64,000 bases of DNA. It comes from a virus. This document shows, piece by piece, positions 1 to 8,357 of this stretch. Each line of letters begins with the position of its first letter. The first letter of the stretch is position 1. Under the pieces are notes generated by a model. It made no database searches, was not told the DNA's origin, and saw only the letters and a program-made list of their open reading frames with translations. The translations under genes were made by a program, and so were the position numbers. The stretch lies in the IMG/VR virus record IMGVR_UViG_3300027733_000001. The stretch is one strand, 5' to 3'.

Positions 1-540
1 GCTAATACTCTGAGCAATCTCGATAAGTGGCTTGCCTGCAGCTGCGAGTTCGTTATTGATACTGTCTTTGATGAAGTTGATGCGCTCTTCGATGGCTGCC
101 GCGTCCGGGAGGTCATAATCGAGTAACTGGATTTCTTTTTGAAGTTCACCAGGCACTGAGTACTTGTGACCTACGAATACAATCATATTACGCTTACGCT
201 TCAATACATTGCAAGCATTGCGCAGCATACGGATGGTGAGCTTGTTGTCGAAGTGTAGATGAAAATCCTTCAACACAAAGATTGTATCGGTCAACTTATA
301 GGTCTGGATGTGCTTCAATAGTTCGGCAATACCTTTTGTATCGTCTGGATGAAACACCTCCACAGGGCCGGATTTGTACACCAGACCATTCTGAACGTCC
401 CACTCATTCACTGTAACATCAGGATTCTTTTCCCGAATGCCGATAATCTCTCTTACCAGCCTAGCCTCCTCATGAGTAACCACGAACAGAATAGGATAAC
501 AGGCGTTATGATAGTTTATGAGCTTATTGATGAACGACAT
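1..540 (-). CDS. Ycf46-like AAA+ ATPase, N-terminal part (runs off the left edge; absent from the ORF track)
   Basis: ATG at 540, frame open to base 1: MSFINKLINYHNACYPILFVVTHEEARL...IFVLKDFHLHFDNKLTIRMLRN...IVFVGHKYSVPGELQKEIQLLDYDLP, the typical degenerate first domain of Ycf46-type ATPases. Confidence 0.7.
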   Translation of the reverse strand, partial: MSFINKLINYHNACYPILFVVTHEEARLVREIIGIREKNPDVTVNEWDVQNGLVYKSGPVEVFHPDDTKGIAELLKHIQTYKLTDTIFVLKDFHLHFDNKLTIRMLRNACNVLKRKRNMIVFVGHKYSVPGELQKEIQLLDYDLPDAAAIEERINFIKDSINNELAAAGKPLIEIAQSIS

Positions 541-1090
541 ATGTAGTGTTTGTTGCGATGAAGTTATTCTTCTTTATCTGTTTACAAATCTCAGGATTTT
601 GGACATTAAAAAGTCCCAAGATATCTGAGGCCATTGCGACGGGCAATGACACTCCCATTTTGTTTGCCCTGTTACGATAGTATAGCATCTCGGCAGGGTG
701 CATATATTTCTCAAGCCATTTTACTGCCTTGAGTAGAGGGTGCTCCTCTAACTGTACAGACTGTACAGATTTCTGTACCTCTACAGGAGGTGCAGCAGTT
801 TGCGGAGACTTGAAGGGTCTACCGCGTTTTTTAGGTGCAGTTTCTTTCTTTTCCGGTTGCGGAGAAGATTTGGGTTTGTTTTTTGAACCCTTTGGCCGCC
901 CGCGCCTAGCCTGCTTCACTACCGATTGAGTAAGTTGAACTAGTGCGGGCGGCGTTTTCGGTTTATTCTTTGCGCCCTTAGGGCGACCACGTTTTTTAAC
1001 TGGTAGGTTATTGCTTACTATTACCGGTATCGGCTGAATCTTCCGAGAGATTCTGCGGTTTGTTAATTTTTCTGTCATGCGATTTTGCAA
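524..1090 (-). CDS. AT-hook DNA-binding protein
   Basis: Three GRP-core motifs (KKRGRPKG, RRGRPKGS, KKRGRPFK) in a Lys/Pro-rich region, followed by a short helical C-terminal domain. Start codon uncertain. Confidence 0.75.
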   Translation of the reverse strand: MQNRMTEKLTNRRISRKIQPIPVIVSNNLPVKKRGRPKGAKNKPKTPPALVQLTQSVVKQARRGRPKGSKNKPKSSPQPEKKETAPKKRGRPFKSPQTAAPPVEVQKSVQSVQLEEHPLLKAVKWLEKYMHPAEMLYYRNRANKMGVSLPVAMASDILGLFNVQNPEICKQIKKNNFIATNTTYVVHQ

Positions 1091-1187
1091 CGTGCATATA
1101 GTAGGCGTCTTCCAGCTTTAGCTGTTCGATGCGTTTATACTTATTGCCACTATCTCTGATCAGGTATTTTCGAATAGTTCTGCTCAT
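1008..1187 (-). CDS. small hypothetical protein (59 aa)
   Basis: MSRTIRKYLIRDSGNKYKRIEQLKLEDAYYMHVAK..., read by hand. It overlaps the 5' end of the AT-hook ORF by about 80 nt. Confidence 0.35.
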   Translation of the reverse strand: MSRTIRKYLIRDSGNKYKRIEQLKLEDAYYMHVAKSHDRKINKPQNLSEDSADTGNSKQ

Positions 1188-1207
1188 GATGCTACAATTG
1201 TAGCATC
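1188..1207. promoter_or_regulatory. perfect 20-bp palindrome GATGCTACAATTGTAGCATC
   Basis: The sequence equals its own reverse complement and lies between the divergent AT-hook and terminase genes. Function is inferred only. Confidence 0.4.
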
Positions 1208-1340
1208 TTTACCTGCGTTTGTAGACTCTATAATGCTTTTTATTCTTGCTAGTATTAGGCCTATTGAAGATACTGACTAATGCCTCTATAGAGGAGGCAA
1301 AGAAGCTAAACAACTCGGCTACAGGACTGCTGGGTCCTTT

Positions 1341-3095
1341 TTGGTTTACTGGTTTTCTGCGATTATGATGGCCCATGATAAAATTAGAGATACTGTAGAG
1401 AAACTCCTCCATAAGAAAAATCCTAGGAGTATGTTTCTCGCTCGACAACTGATATTCTCAGTTCTTCCGGCTTCTCATTTTGTAGAAAATTATCTCTACG
1501 ACAACGAAGGCCGACTTCAAAAACTTGAAGCTTTTCCAATGCTTAAGCAGATCTACGACAACATACCTCAGAAGATGATTCTGAAATGTAGTCGTAAAAC
1601 ACTTAAATCTACTCTCTTGTCTAATTTTATATGCCTGAACCTTATCCGATGGAATTATTTCAAGATGATGTATGTGGGCCCGCAGGAACTAACTACCAAG
1701 TATTTCTCAAGTAATTATATTCCACCACGGTTTGATAGCCCTAAAGTTAAAGAATTACTTATTAAAGGATGGTTCAAAAATGATGTTTTTGAAAAGATAT
1801 TGGATGATACTCATTCTAGTGTATTATTTAGATATTGCAGTGATGACGCTACTCGTACTCGTGGACCGGCTATCGATTGCGTTGTGTACGATGAAGTACA
1901 GGACATTCAATACGACCAGCTCTCCATCATTCAAGAAACTATGGCTATGTCTCCGTATAAACGTGAGATATTTGCAGGAACCCCGTTAGATTCTACAAAC
2001 ACTATTCACAGAATTTGGTTGGCTAGCAATCAGCTTGAATGGATGATGAAGTGCGAGGCTTGCAACCATTGGAACTCATTAACTGAGGGTAACGAGCCTC
2101 TTCAAATGGTAAGGCCTCACGGATTGAGCTGCAGTAAATGTGGTAAGGTTATTAGTTCTAGAACGGGTGAGTGGGTGTCCACTAGCCCCAAAGACTCACA
2201 TCTACTCACGGGGTATCATCTGGCGCAGCCTATATTGCCGCACTTTAACGAGGACCCTAAAGAGTGGAAGGAGATCTACGAAAAGGTACATAGTGGTAAA
2301 AACGAATTAAAGGTCGTAATGAATGAGACGTTTGGGTTGTCCTATGATGTAGGATCCAAGCCTATCACACAAGAAGAGCTTGTTAAGCTTTGTGTGCTAG
2401 GGCCTCAATTCAGCGACAGTGAAGGTAAGAATCTGGCGATCCTCGAGAAGAACAGGATGAAGTATACAGGTACATATACAATGGGTGTGGATTGGGGTGT
2501 TAGCATGGCTCAGTCGAGAACTGTAGCCACGTTGGGAGCTATGCGCCCGGATGGTGTGTATGAGGTACTCATGGCCAAAATCTATAGAGGCTACGACTAT
2601 GAGGCCCATATACACGATATTGCAGCGAAAGCGAATGGGGTACAGGCCTACTGCGTATCAGACAGCGGACCGGACCCTATTCGAGGCATCAAACTATGCG
2701 AGCTTACATCACCGCAAAGATCGCAGCTAGCTGCATATAGGCGAACCAAGATGATTCAACACTTTGAACCAGGTACATACGACTGGAGACAGAACCGCTG
2801 GGTCTTGCACAGATCTGATGTTATATCACTAGTTATTCGTCAGCTTAAAGCAGGGAAAATATTGTTCCCGCAATGGAGTGACGTTGCAGAATATATGCAA
2901 GATCTACTGAATGTATTCATCGAGGTCAGAGATGGTTTGTATGGCCAGGAGCTTGTGTATGACCACCATCCAAAACAACCAGACGACGCTATGCATAGTC
3001 TAGTGTTCGCTATATGCTCAGGCTATATGGCGGCAGGAGACATGAGTCTATTGTCAGGTAGAAGCTCTACTGCAGGTCCTGAAATTGAGGGTTAG
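1341..3095 (+). CDS. terL: terminase large subunit
   Basis: Walker A variant CSRKTLKST, Walker B VVYDEVQD, motif III AGTP, CxxC...CxxC insertion, RNase H-like nuclease motif MGVDWG and a C-terminal PDDAMH. Likely start is ATG 1365 or 1368. Confidence 0.92.
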   Translation: MVYWFSAIMMAHDKIRDTVEKLLHKKNPRSMFLARQLIFSVLPASHFVENYLYDNEGRLQKLEAFPMLKQIYDNIPQKMILKCSRKTLKSTLLSNFICLNLIRWNYFKMMYVGPQELTTKYFSSNYIPPRFDSPKVKELLIKGWFKNDVFEKILDDTHSSVLFRYCSDDATRTRGPAIDCVVYDEVQDIQYDQLSIIQETMAMSPYKREIFAGTPLDSTNTIHRIWLASNQLEWMMKCEACNHWNSLTEGNEPLQMVRPHGLSCSKCGKVISSRTGEWVSTSPKDSHLLTGYHLAQPILPHFNEDPKEWKEIYEKVHSGKNELKVVMNETFGLSYDVGSKPITQEELVKLCVLGPQFSDSEGKNLAILEKNRMKYTGTYTMGVDWGVSMAQSRTVATLGAMRPDGVYEVLMAKIYRGYDYEAHIHDIAAKANGVQAYCVSDSGPDPIRGIKLCELTSPQRSQLAAYRRTKMIQHFEPGTYDWRQNRWVLHRSDVISLVIRQLKAGKILFPQWSDVAEYMQDLLNVFIEVRDGLYGQELVYDHHPKQPDDAMHSLVFAICSGYMAAGDMSLLSGRSSTAGPEIEG

Positions 3096-4249
3096 CAGAA
3101 ACCTATACGTCCTTCTTGAGGAGGTGTGTAACCTGGATCCTCTTCAAAGTTATATATTTCTGCCAAACTCATATCTGCAGTTATCTGCAACGGATCTATA
3201 CCTAGTGAAGTGGCGATCTTTTTGCAATTATTGACCGACAGTTTCTTGAATTCGTGGCTCAATTTTAGTCTACCTTTGCGCAGCAGAGCTTCATCAAGCT
3301 TATCTTTTTCTGTATTGAATGTGGCAACAATTGAGATGTTGATTGCCTGCCCGATAAAGCCGTCAGTAAGGTTCAATATGGTAGACACTATGTCAGGGTC
3401 TTGAGAAACTTCTCTAGACAGTAATGCTTTCTCGGCGTCCTCAAGGATCAAGATTATGTTCTTGTTGCTCATAAGCAAAGGAAGCATGTCCGGATGAGTA
3501 AGCTTGTTGATAAGCCCTACAGGGATATAGGCCATCTTTCTATTAATGCCTGCTGAGAGCAGATATTTGATGTAGGAAGATTTTCCGGTTCCTGGTTCTC
3601 CGTACAATAAATATAAGCCTGACGACTCATTGTTAAGACTAGTTACAAGCTTCTCATGCACCTGTAAAAAATCTTCACCATAGTTGAGGGCAAGATCCAT
3701 GTCTGTTGCAGGCATCGGTAGTGCAGTGAACGATAGATCACCATACTCACTAGCCAGCATGTAGATTTTACTCTTTTGTTGGAGTTTGAATGGAGCCATC
3801 AGCTCGATCAATAGCCTTGCCTGTGCTGTGTTTGTGCACACGGCTCTCAATCCGACATGCAGGTTATCTGCCTTGGCATCCATGACGAGATGGTCCACAG
3901 ACCTAAACACATTAAGCACGATCGACGAGTCGTATCCCATATGCGAATCTTCCTCTGCTTTAAAAGAGGTATGAATCATCATTCTTTCATAGGGGGTACC
4001 TTCCTTACCTACCCATATACCTTCCTCCATAAGGCTGTCGCCTAGCTTATTGAGGTTAGAGCATACCAAGTCGAAATACTCATTGATTGTGGAGATGCAA
4101 GACTTGTCGAACTCTTCTGAAAACCCAAGACTTGTAGGTATAGTGCTATAGGCCTTGTTATATAGATACTCAAGCCTCAAGGCATGAGAGTGTGAAGGAG
4201 CCGCATAGAAAGCGTTCCCTATTTTTTCAGGAATGTTTAGTTGTGACAT
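3092..4249 (-). CDS. AAA+ ATPase (single module)
   Basis: GEPGTGKS Walker A, ILEDAE Walker B, ATFN sensor 1, LLRKGRL arginine finger. Confidence 0.9.
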   Translation of the reverse strand: MSQLNIPEKIGNAFYAAPSHSHALRLEYLYNKAYSTIPTSLGFSEEFDKSCISTINEYFDLVCSNLNKLGDSLMEEGIWVGKEGTPYERMMIHTSFKAEEDSHMGYDSSIVLNVFRSVDHLVMDAKADNLHVGLRAVCTNTAQARLLIELMAPFKLQQKSKIYMLASEYGDLSFTALPMPATDMDLALNYGEDFLQVHEKLVTSLNNESSGLYLLYGEPGTGKSSYIKYLLSAGINRKMAYIPVGLINKLTHPDMLPLLMSNKNIILILEDAEKALLSREVSQDPDIVSTILNLTDGFIGQAINISIVATFNTEKDKLDEALLRKGRLKLSHEFKKLSVNNCKKIATSLGIDPLQITADMSLAEIYNFEEDPGYTPPQEGRIGFC

Positions 4250-4785
4250 TGTTTTAGATAGTCGTTTACCAATTTTACCTTTTCATCGAACAGTTCCTGA
4301 AGAGCTTCGTTTTTTTCATCGTCGTTACCTTCAGACTCATTCATGATGGCCTGCGGAAACAGCTTCGGTGATTTATGCATTCCATAATTATAGAATACTA
4401 CACCAGCATACACTCTTACCTCGGGAGAAAAATTCATTTCTTCGGCTTTAATCAAATAAGCCTCTGTCATTCCGATAATGAGTTCTTCTGCTTCCAGCGG
4501 GTCCATCTCGTCCAGATCTTTCTCCTGATGATTTAGTAGATGGTTTAGAGTCTCGAACACAACGATATTTCCTTCGTATTGATCTGTAGTAAGTACGGTT
4601 ATCGCTGCTTGAATTTTGTCGGATTGGAGGTCAGAAATCTCGCACTTATAGTCCTCTTGCAGCTGAGCCTTCAGCGTCATCGGGTCCCATTCATAGGCTT
4701 CTGAGCCGTAGGTTTTCGTTACAACCGAGAGCAGGGCAATAGCCGGAGCCTTTTGGTCTTCTAGTATTGTTTTGGATGACTTCAT
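4237..4785 (-). CDS. hypothetical protein
   Basis: 182-aa ORF tiling with its neighbours; no recognisable motif. Confidence 0.75.
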   Translation of the reverse strand: MKSSKTILEDQKAPAIALLSVVTKTYGSEAYEWDPMTLKAQLQEDYKCEISDLQSDKIQAAITVLTTDQYEGNIVVFETLNHLLNHQEKDLDEMDPLEAEELIIGMTEAYLIKAEEMNFSPEVRVYAGVVFYNYGMHKSPKLFPQAIMNESEGNDDEKNEALQELFDEKVKLVNDYLKQCHN

Positions 4786-4794
4786 ATGGTATAT

Positions 4795-4827
4795 AAAAGC
4801 TGAGGCTGCCTATTTCTAGACAGCCTC
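4795..4827 (-). terminator. probable intrinsic terminator
   Basis: Minus strand GAGGCTGTCTA-GAAA-TAGGCAGCCTC: 11-bp stem with a GNRA loop, followed by AGCTTTT, just after the 4856 ORF. Confidence 0.55.
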
Positions 4828-4855
4828 GTTATTCTTTCAACTCATGGTTGATGAA

Positions 4856-5911
4856 CTAGATGGGTCTCAATCCAGTGATTTCCTCAAGCAACTTCATGTC
4901 GCTTCTAGGCATCGTAGGCAAGATATCTGCAATTTTTTCAGGGTCAGCTGGATCGATGCCGCTGTCTCCAAAGGCTTCTTCGTACTTATCTTTGCTGATC
5001 TTGGTCAGATCTTCAAGTCTGTATTTGTCTCCATGCACTTCGACAAAGCTTAAAGCACTAGCAATCTTAGCTACGGGCTCTGTGAAAAACATATCTACAG
5101 GGTCACCGAGAAGTTTTGCAACTTTAACGTTATCATAAAGCCCTTCCATGTTTTCAATATTAAAACATGTTTCAGCAATCTTCATAACGTCAGAAACACT
5201 ATTCATGTTTTCAAGGTCGTCCCTGATCTGTTCGTAAACATCTACATGAGCTTCTTTCGTAAGTTTGCTGCCTCTCCTCCACAATTCAAAATCGAGATTG
5301 GTTAGGTCGGGGTAATACATGCCTGCATATTTCATGAGGAGGTCAGGCATATCATCTACGCCTAGCTCGCCTGCAGCCTTCACAAAGTTTTCTGCCGCCT
5401 GTACACGCACATTGAAAGGGAAGTTGTGAATATTGCTTGCGAACGATTCCGCAGCCATAGCCAGGTCTGAAGCGGTCTTTACAGGATACATCTGTACAGG
5501 TGCAGCCATACCCTCTACGTTAAAATCCACCATGAATTTTTCTTCATAGTCGGAAGCAAGCTTGATGTTCAACGTGCTGTTATAGTCTTGCAGATCCTCT
5601 GTAATCTCTAAAATTTCTGCAGCCTTCTCAATGTTGTTTTGCAGTTGACTGGCGTAGTCTTCGCCATATAGTTTAACAATATCAGCACGTTTATTGATGA
5701 AGTGCGCATTCGATATGTATACAGTAGCAGGACTATTGATGGGGTATATTCTACGATCAGGATCAGCAAAAGCGGTTTTGGGTAAACTCTCTACTGCGTA
5801 CGCGTCCTCGACTTCAGCCGTCTTCACGTACTCAGGCAATTCTACGTCCCTAAACATGCTATACATCTCTTTTCCTGAGTAGTCAGTCTGTTGGTCAAAT
5901 GCAATTTTCAT
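4856..5911 (-). CDS. putative head-associated protein with K-x-A motifs
   Basis: Starts MKIAF and contains YVKTAE, LPKTAF, NIKLAS, PVKTAS. The AFADPDRRIYPI segment resembles the DUF6582-type phage motif (from memory). Confidence 0.65.
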   Translation of the reverse strand: MKIAFDQQTDYSGKEMYSMFRDVELPEYVKTAEVEDAYAVESLPKTAFADPDRRIYPINSPATVYISNAHFINKRADIVKLYGEDYASQLQNNIEKAAEILEITEDLQDYNSTLNIKLASDYEEKFMVDFNVEGMAAPVQMYPVKTASDLAMAAESFASNIHNFPFNVRVQAAENFVKAAGELGVDDMPDLLMKYAGMYYPDLTNLDFELWRRGSKLTKEAHVDVYEQIRDDLENMNSVSDVMKIAETCFNIENMEGLYDNVKVAKLLGDPVDMFFTEPVAKIASALSFVEVHGDKYRLEDLTKISKDKYEEAFGDSGIDPADPEKIADILPTMPRSDMKLLEEITGLRPI

Positions 5912-5922
5912 AATTATTATCT

Positions 5923-5951
5923 ATTCTACCTATGTTGTTAAACAGTTTCAA
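5923..5951 (-). promoter_or_regulatory. sigma70-like promoter
   Basis: TTGAAA-N17-TAGAAT; predicted +1 about 5916, 5 nt before ATG 5911. Confidence 0.45.
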
Positions 5952-7212
5952 TTCTAAAATCAATCTACCCAGTGTAGTGGCAAAGCTTGGAGGAAATACA
6001 TCCGACTATGAGTTTGTACGTATTCCTTTGTTCGGTTGGTACGCAAAATCTAAAACAAACGACTTTGTAGGCAACATTTTTGATTTCTTTCCTATCGAGG
6101 ACTGGCGCCGACTTTATGGTATTGTATGTAGAGATTTTAACGACTGCTTTGATTTCAGTCTACCATATAGTGAATATGCTGAGAAGAACCTTTTTAAAGA
6201 CCAGACAAAGATCATGCAGTATCAATCTGTATGGCTGTTGAGTGTGCAGGAAGCACATACCGCCAGAGCTAGAATGCATGATAAGGTTGTACACTTTAAA
6301 GACGTACTTGACGAGGCCGGAATGTCTGAGCTTCTTAATAACAAGTTCGGGTATCTGACTGAGAAGGTATTGAAAGCTTTTCCTAAGCTGTCACTAGATA
6401 GTAAGTACCGCTATAAGAAGACCGTGATGATTCCGTCGTTCTGTTCACCTAAACATATCTGCTCATTAGAGCTAGCTAGGCTCAGCGATTTAAACCAGCG
6501 CGAGACGGTGTTTCTTAATGGGGAATATGGATGGTATGGTCGTCAGGGTGTTGAAATTGTCCGGGATTTTAACGAGCTCAAAGTCAAGACAGGCAATACC
6601 TGGAACTATAAGAACGACCATTGGAATACATCGCCTATCCAGCTATCAGATATGCTAAGCACAGAGCAGCTCATCAGAATCTGGAGCGAAGCAAAGCACG
6701 CTAAATTCAATGTAGATATCCTGGAGCTGATGCTGGGCAAGCAGGGCAACGACGATCTTAGAAACCATGTAGCTGCATTAAACTATAATCAGCTACTAGA
6801 GCTGGAAAAAAAGAGCGGACAGCAGCTAACCGACTTCTGGATGAAGAGCCGAGAGCAACAATTCACTGTGCAGGGCAAAACATACCTCAAACGGGACAAG
6901 GCATACTATCTCGTTAAAAAGAACGAGGAAGAGCAGTTAACAAACTTCACGCTAGACATTCAGCAGATACGTAAAAAAAACGACGAGGAATTTATATGGT
7001 GCGGAATGGTGTATTACGAAGAACATGCTGTTCCCTTTGAGATGGAAGACAAATACTTTATGTCTTGCCATCTGTTCACCAAAGGGATCAGAAAGATGTT
7101 TTTAGGTATGGGGCTAGGCATACCATTCATTAATGAAAAATATGTAAGGCAGTTAATCACAATGATTCAGATGACCTGCCATAATGTTAAAATCGTGACA
7201 GCTGCCGAATAG
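5932..7212 (+). CDS. hypothetical protein, possibly primase-related
   Basis: 426-aa ORF. The N-terminus (INLPSVVAKLGG...VGNIFDFF) loosely resembles a Cys-less DnaG zinc-binding domain. Function is speculative. Confidence 0.6.
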   Translation: MLLNSFNSKINLPSVVAKLGGNTSDYEFVRIPLFGWYAKSKTNDFVGNIFDFFPIEDWRRLYGIVCRDFNDCFDFSLPYSEYAEKNLFKDQTKIMQYQSVWLLSVQEAHTARARMHDKVVHFKDVLDEAGMSELLNNKFGYLTEKVLKAFPKLSLDSKYRYKKTVMIPSFCSPKHICSLELARLSDLNQRETVFLNGEYGWYGRQGVEIVRDFNELKVKTGNTWNYKNDHWNTSPIQLSDMLSTEQLIRIWSEAKHAKFNVDILELMLGKQGNDDLRNHVAALNYNQLLELEKKSGQQLTDFWMKSREQQFTVQGKTYLKRDKAYYLVKKNEEEQLTNFTLDIQQIRKKNDEEFIWCGMVYYEEHAVPFEMEDKYFMSCHLFTKGIRKMFLGMGLGIPFINEKYVRQLITMIQMTCHNVKIVTAAE

Positions 7213-7239
7213 CTAAAGAAACGGTGTATCGTACTGCAT

Positions 7240-7870
7240 GCCCTCCTGCCACCATTACAGTGACAGGAGGGCGGTTACTTACAAGCAATATGAACAAACT
7301 AACACCAACTCTACCACAACAAGCGGCAGAGTTCGACAGGTCGAGTACCGCGAGAGATCACCTGCGTACAGGTGCTTCATGTAGTGCTGCGGGCCAGTGA
7401 GAGCCCTTACACACACTTAATCAAAAGGTGTGTTAACTTGAAGAAGTCAAGTAGCCTTACTATCTATCTGCCTGAATACTTACTCGTTATTGAGCCATGC
7501 ATTCTTTCCGCAACTACTAATTTCATTGCGGCACTTAACAACTTCAACCTTAAAGGTCTATAAAACCAATTATAGTTGCGTTATAATATATTGTTCTTTA
7601 CAGCGAACACTGCTCAACTGATTTGCTGCTTTTTCTTTCTCGATCTTAACCTGCCGAACGCTGCCGCTAAATCCAGGTGACTAGAAGTCTGACGGGCCTG
7701 GTCTCCGAGGGCGCAAGATTTCTCCTGCGCCTCCACCACCACATTTTTAAACTTGTTGTGGGCAAATAAGCGTCTCCGTCGTGGTTAGACGAGTTGCTGG
7801 AGACAGGCAACCTGAAACTTTCTAGGTAGCTTTAGCCAGAAAAGCCATGTAAACACGACACACGTTTACC
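7240..7870 (-). ncRNA. candidate large structured non-coding RNA
   Basis: No credible ORF; about ten short GC-rich stems, a possible H-type pseudoknot at 7772-7812, and a UACG-loop hairpin at 7359-7374. Lies directly downstream of the tRNA pair. Confidence 0.4.
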
Positions 7871-7928
7871 CCAGATACATCAAAACACTCACGACTTATT
7901 TTTTCATGCGTACCTATTCATGAAATTT

Positions 7929-8028
7929 ATTTCCTGGTCGGGAATCGAACCCTACGGCCGCTGCTATATCCCTGCGTTTAGGTCCTTCACCATGAGGGAG
8001 CAGCGCTCTACCACTGAGCTACAGGAAA
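7929..8028 (-). tRNA. tRNA-like gene with a 26-nt insert in the anticodon loop (anticodon CUC/Glu if spliced at 37/38)
   Basis: Acceptor TTTCCTG/CAGGAAA, D arm GCTC-AGTGGTA-GAGC, anticodon stem CTGCT/AGCAG enclosing 33 nt (7966-7998), T loop TTCGATT. No encoded CCA. Confidence 0.72.
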
Positions 8029-8030
8029 AT

Positions 8031-8106
8031 TGGTTGCAAGGGGAGGATTCGAACCTCCGATCTCCAGCTTATGAGACTGGCGACTTAACCACTTGTCCAC
8101 CTCGCG
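8031..8106 (-). tRNA. tRNA-Met(CAU), initiator-type acceptor arm
   Basis: CGCGAGGTGGACAAGTGGTTAAGTCGCCAGTCTCATAAGCTGGAGATCGGAGGTTCGAATCCTCCCCTTGCAACCA: C1:A72 mismatch, A11:U24, anticodon CAT, encoded CCA. Confidence 0.95.
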
Positions 8107-8357
8107 ATTTAACTAAGCGTAACCAATCAAAGAGTTGGGATTACTCTTTTGCAAAATTCCGTGAGAATTATACAATGTCACTGCAGGCAACAAATGCGTA
8201 TTCTGTTGCACAGTGCCTTCTGTGTGTGAAGGTAATGCATTTCTCTGTCTGTGATCGTTTGCGGCCAGCATTGTGGCGAACAAAGGATCTAATTGGAATT
8301 GTACTGATGCGATTGGTTGTACTGTGCTTGCCATAAGGTTATTAGGCTAGCAGAAAG

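Noticed and set aside
1209-1448. 79-aa minus-strand ORF
   Set aside because: Overlaps the terminase start head-to-head and has no recognisable features.
7620-7860. Protein-like minus frame (WLKLPRKF...RKKKQQIS)
   Set aside because: No start codon with RBS, an internal TAA, and the region is better explained by RNA stems.
7560-7870. RNase P RNA
   Set aside because: GAAAGTTTCAGG can pair with CCTGGATTT like helix P4, but the ACAGAA (CR-V), CR-II and CR-III motifs are missing and the spacing is short.
7966-7998. Amber suppressor (CUA) or Sec (UCA) anticodon within the tRNA insert
   Set aside because: CTA and TCA triplets occur, but no single excision or stem register places them at positions 34-36.
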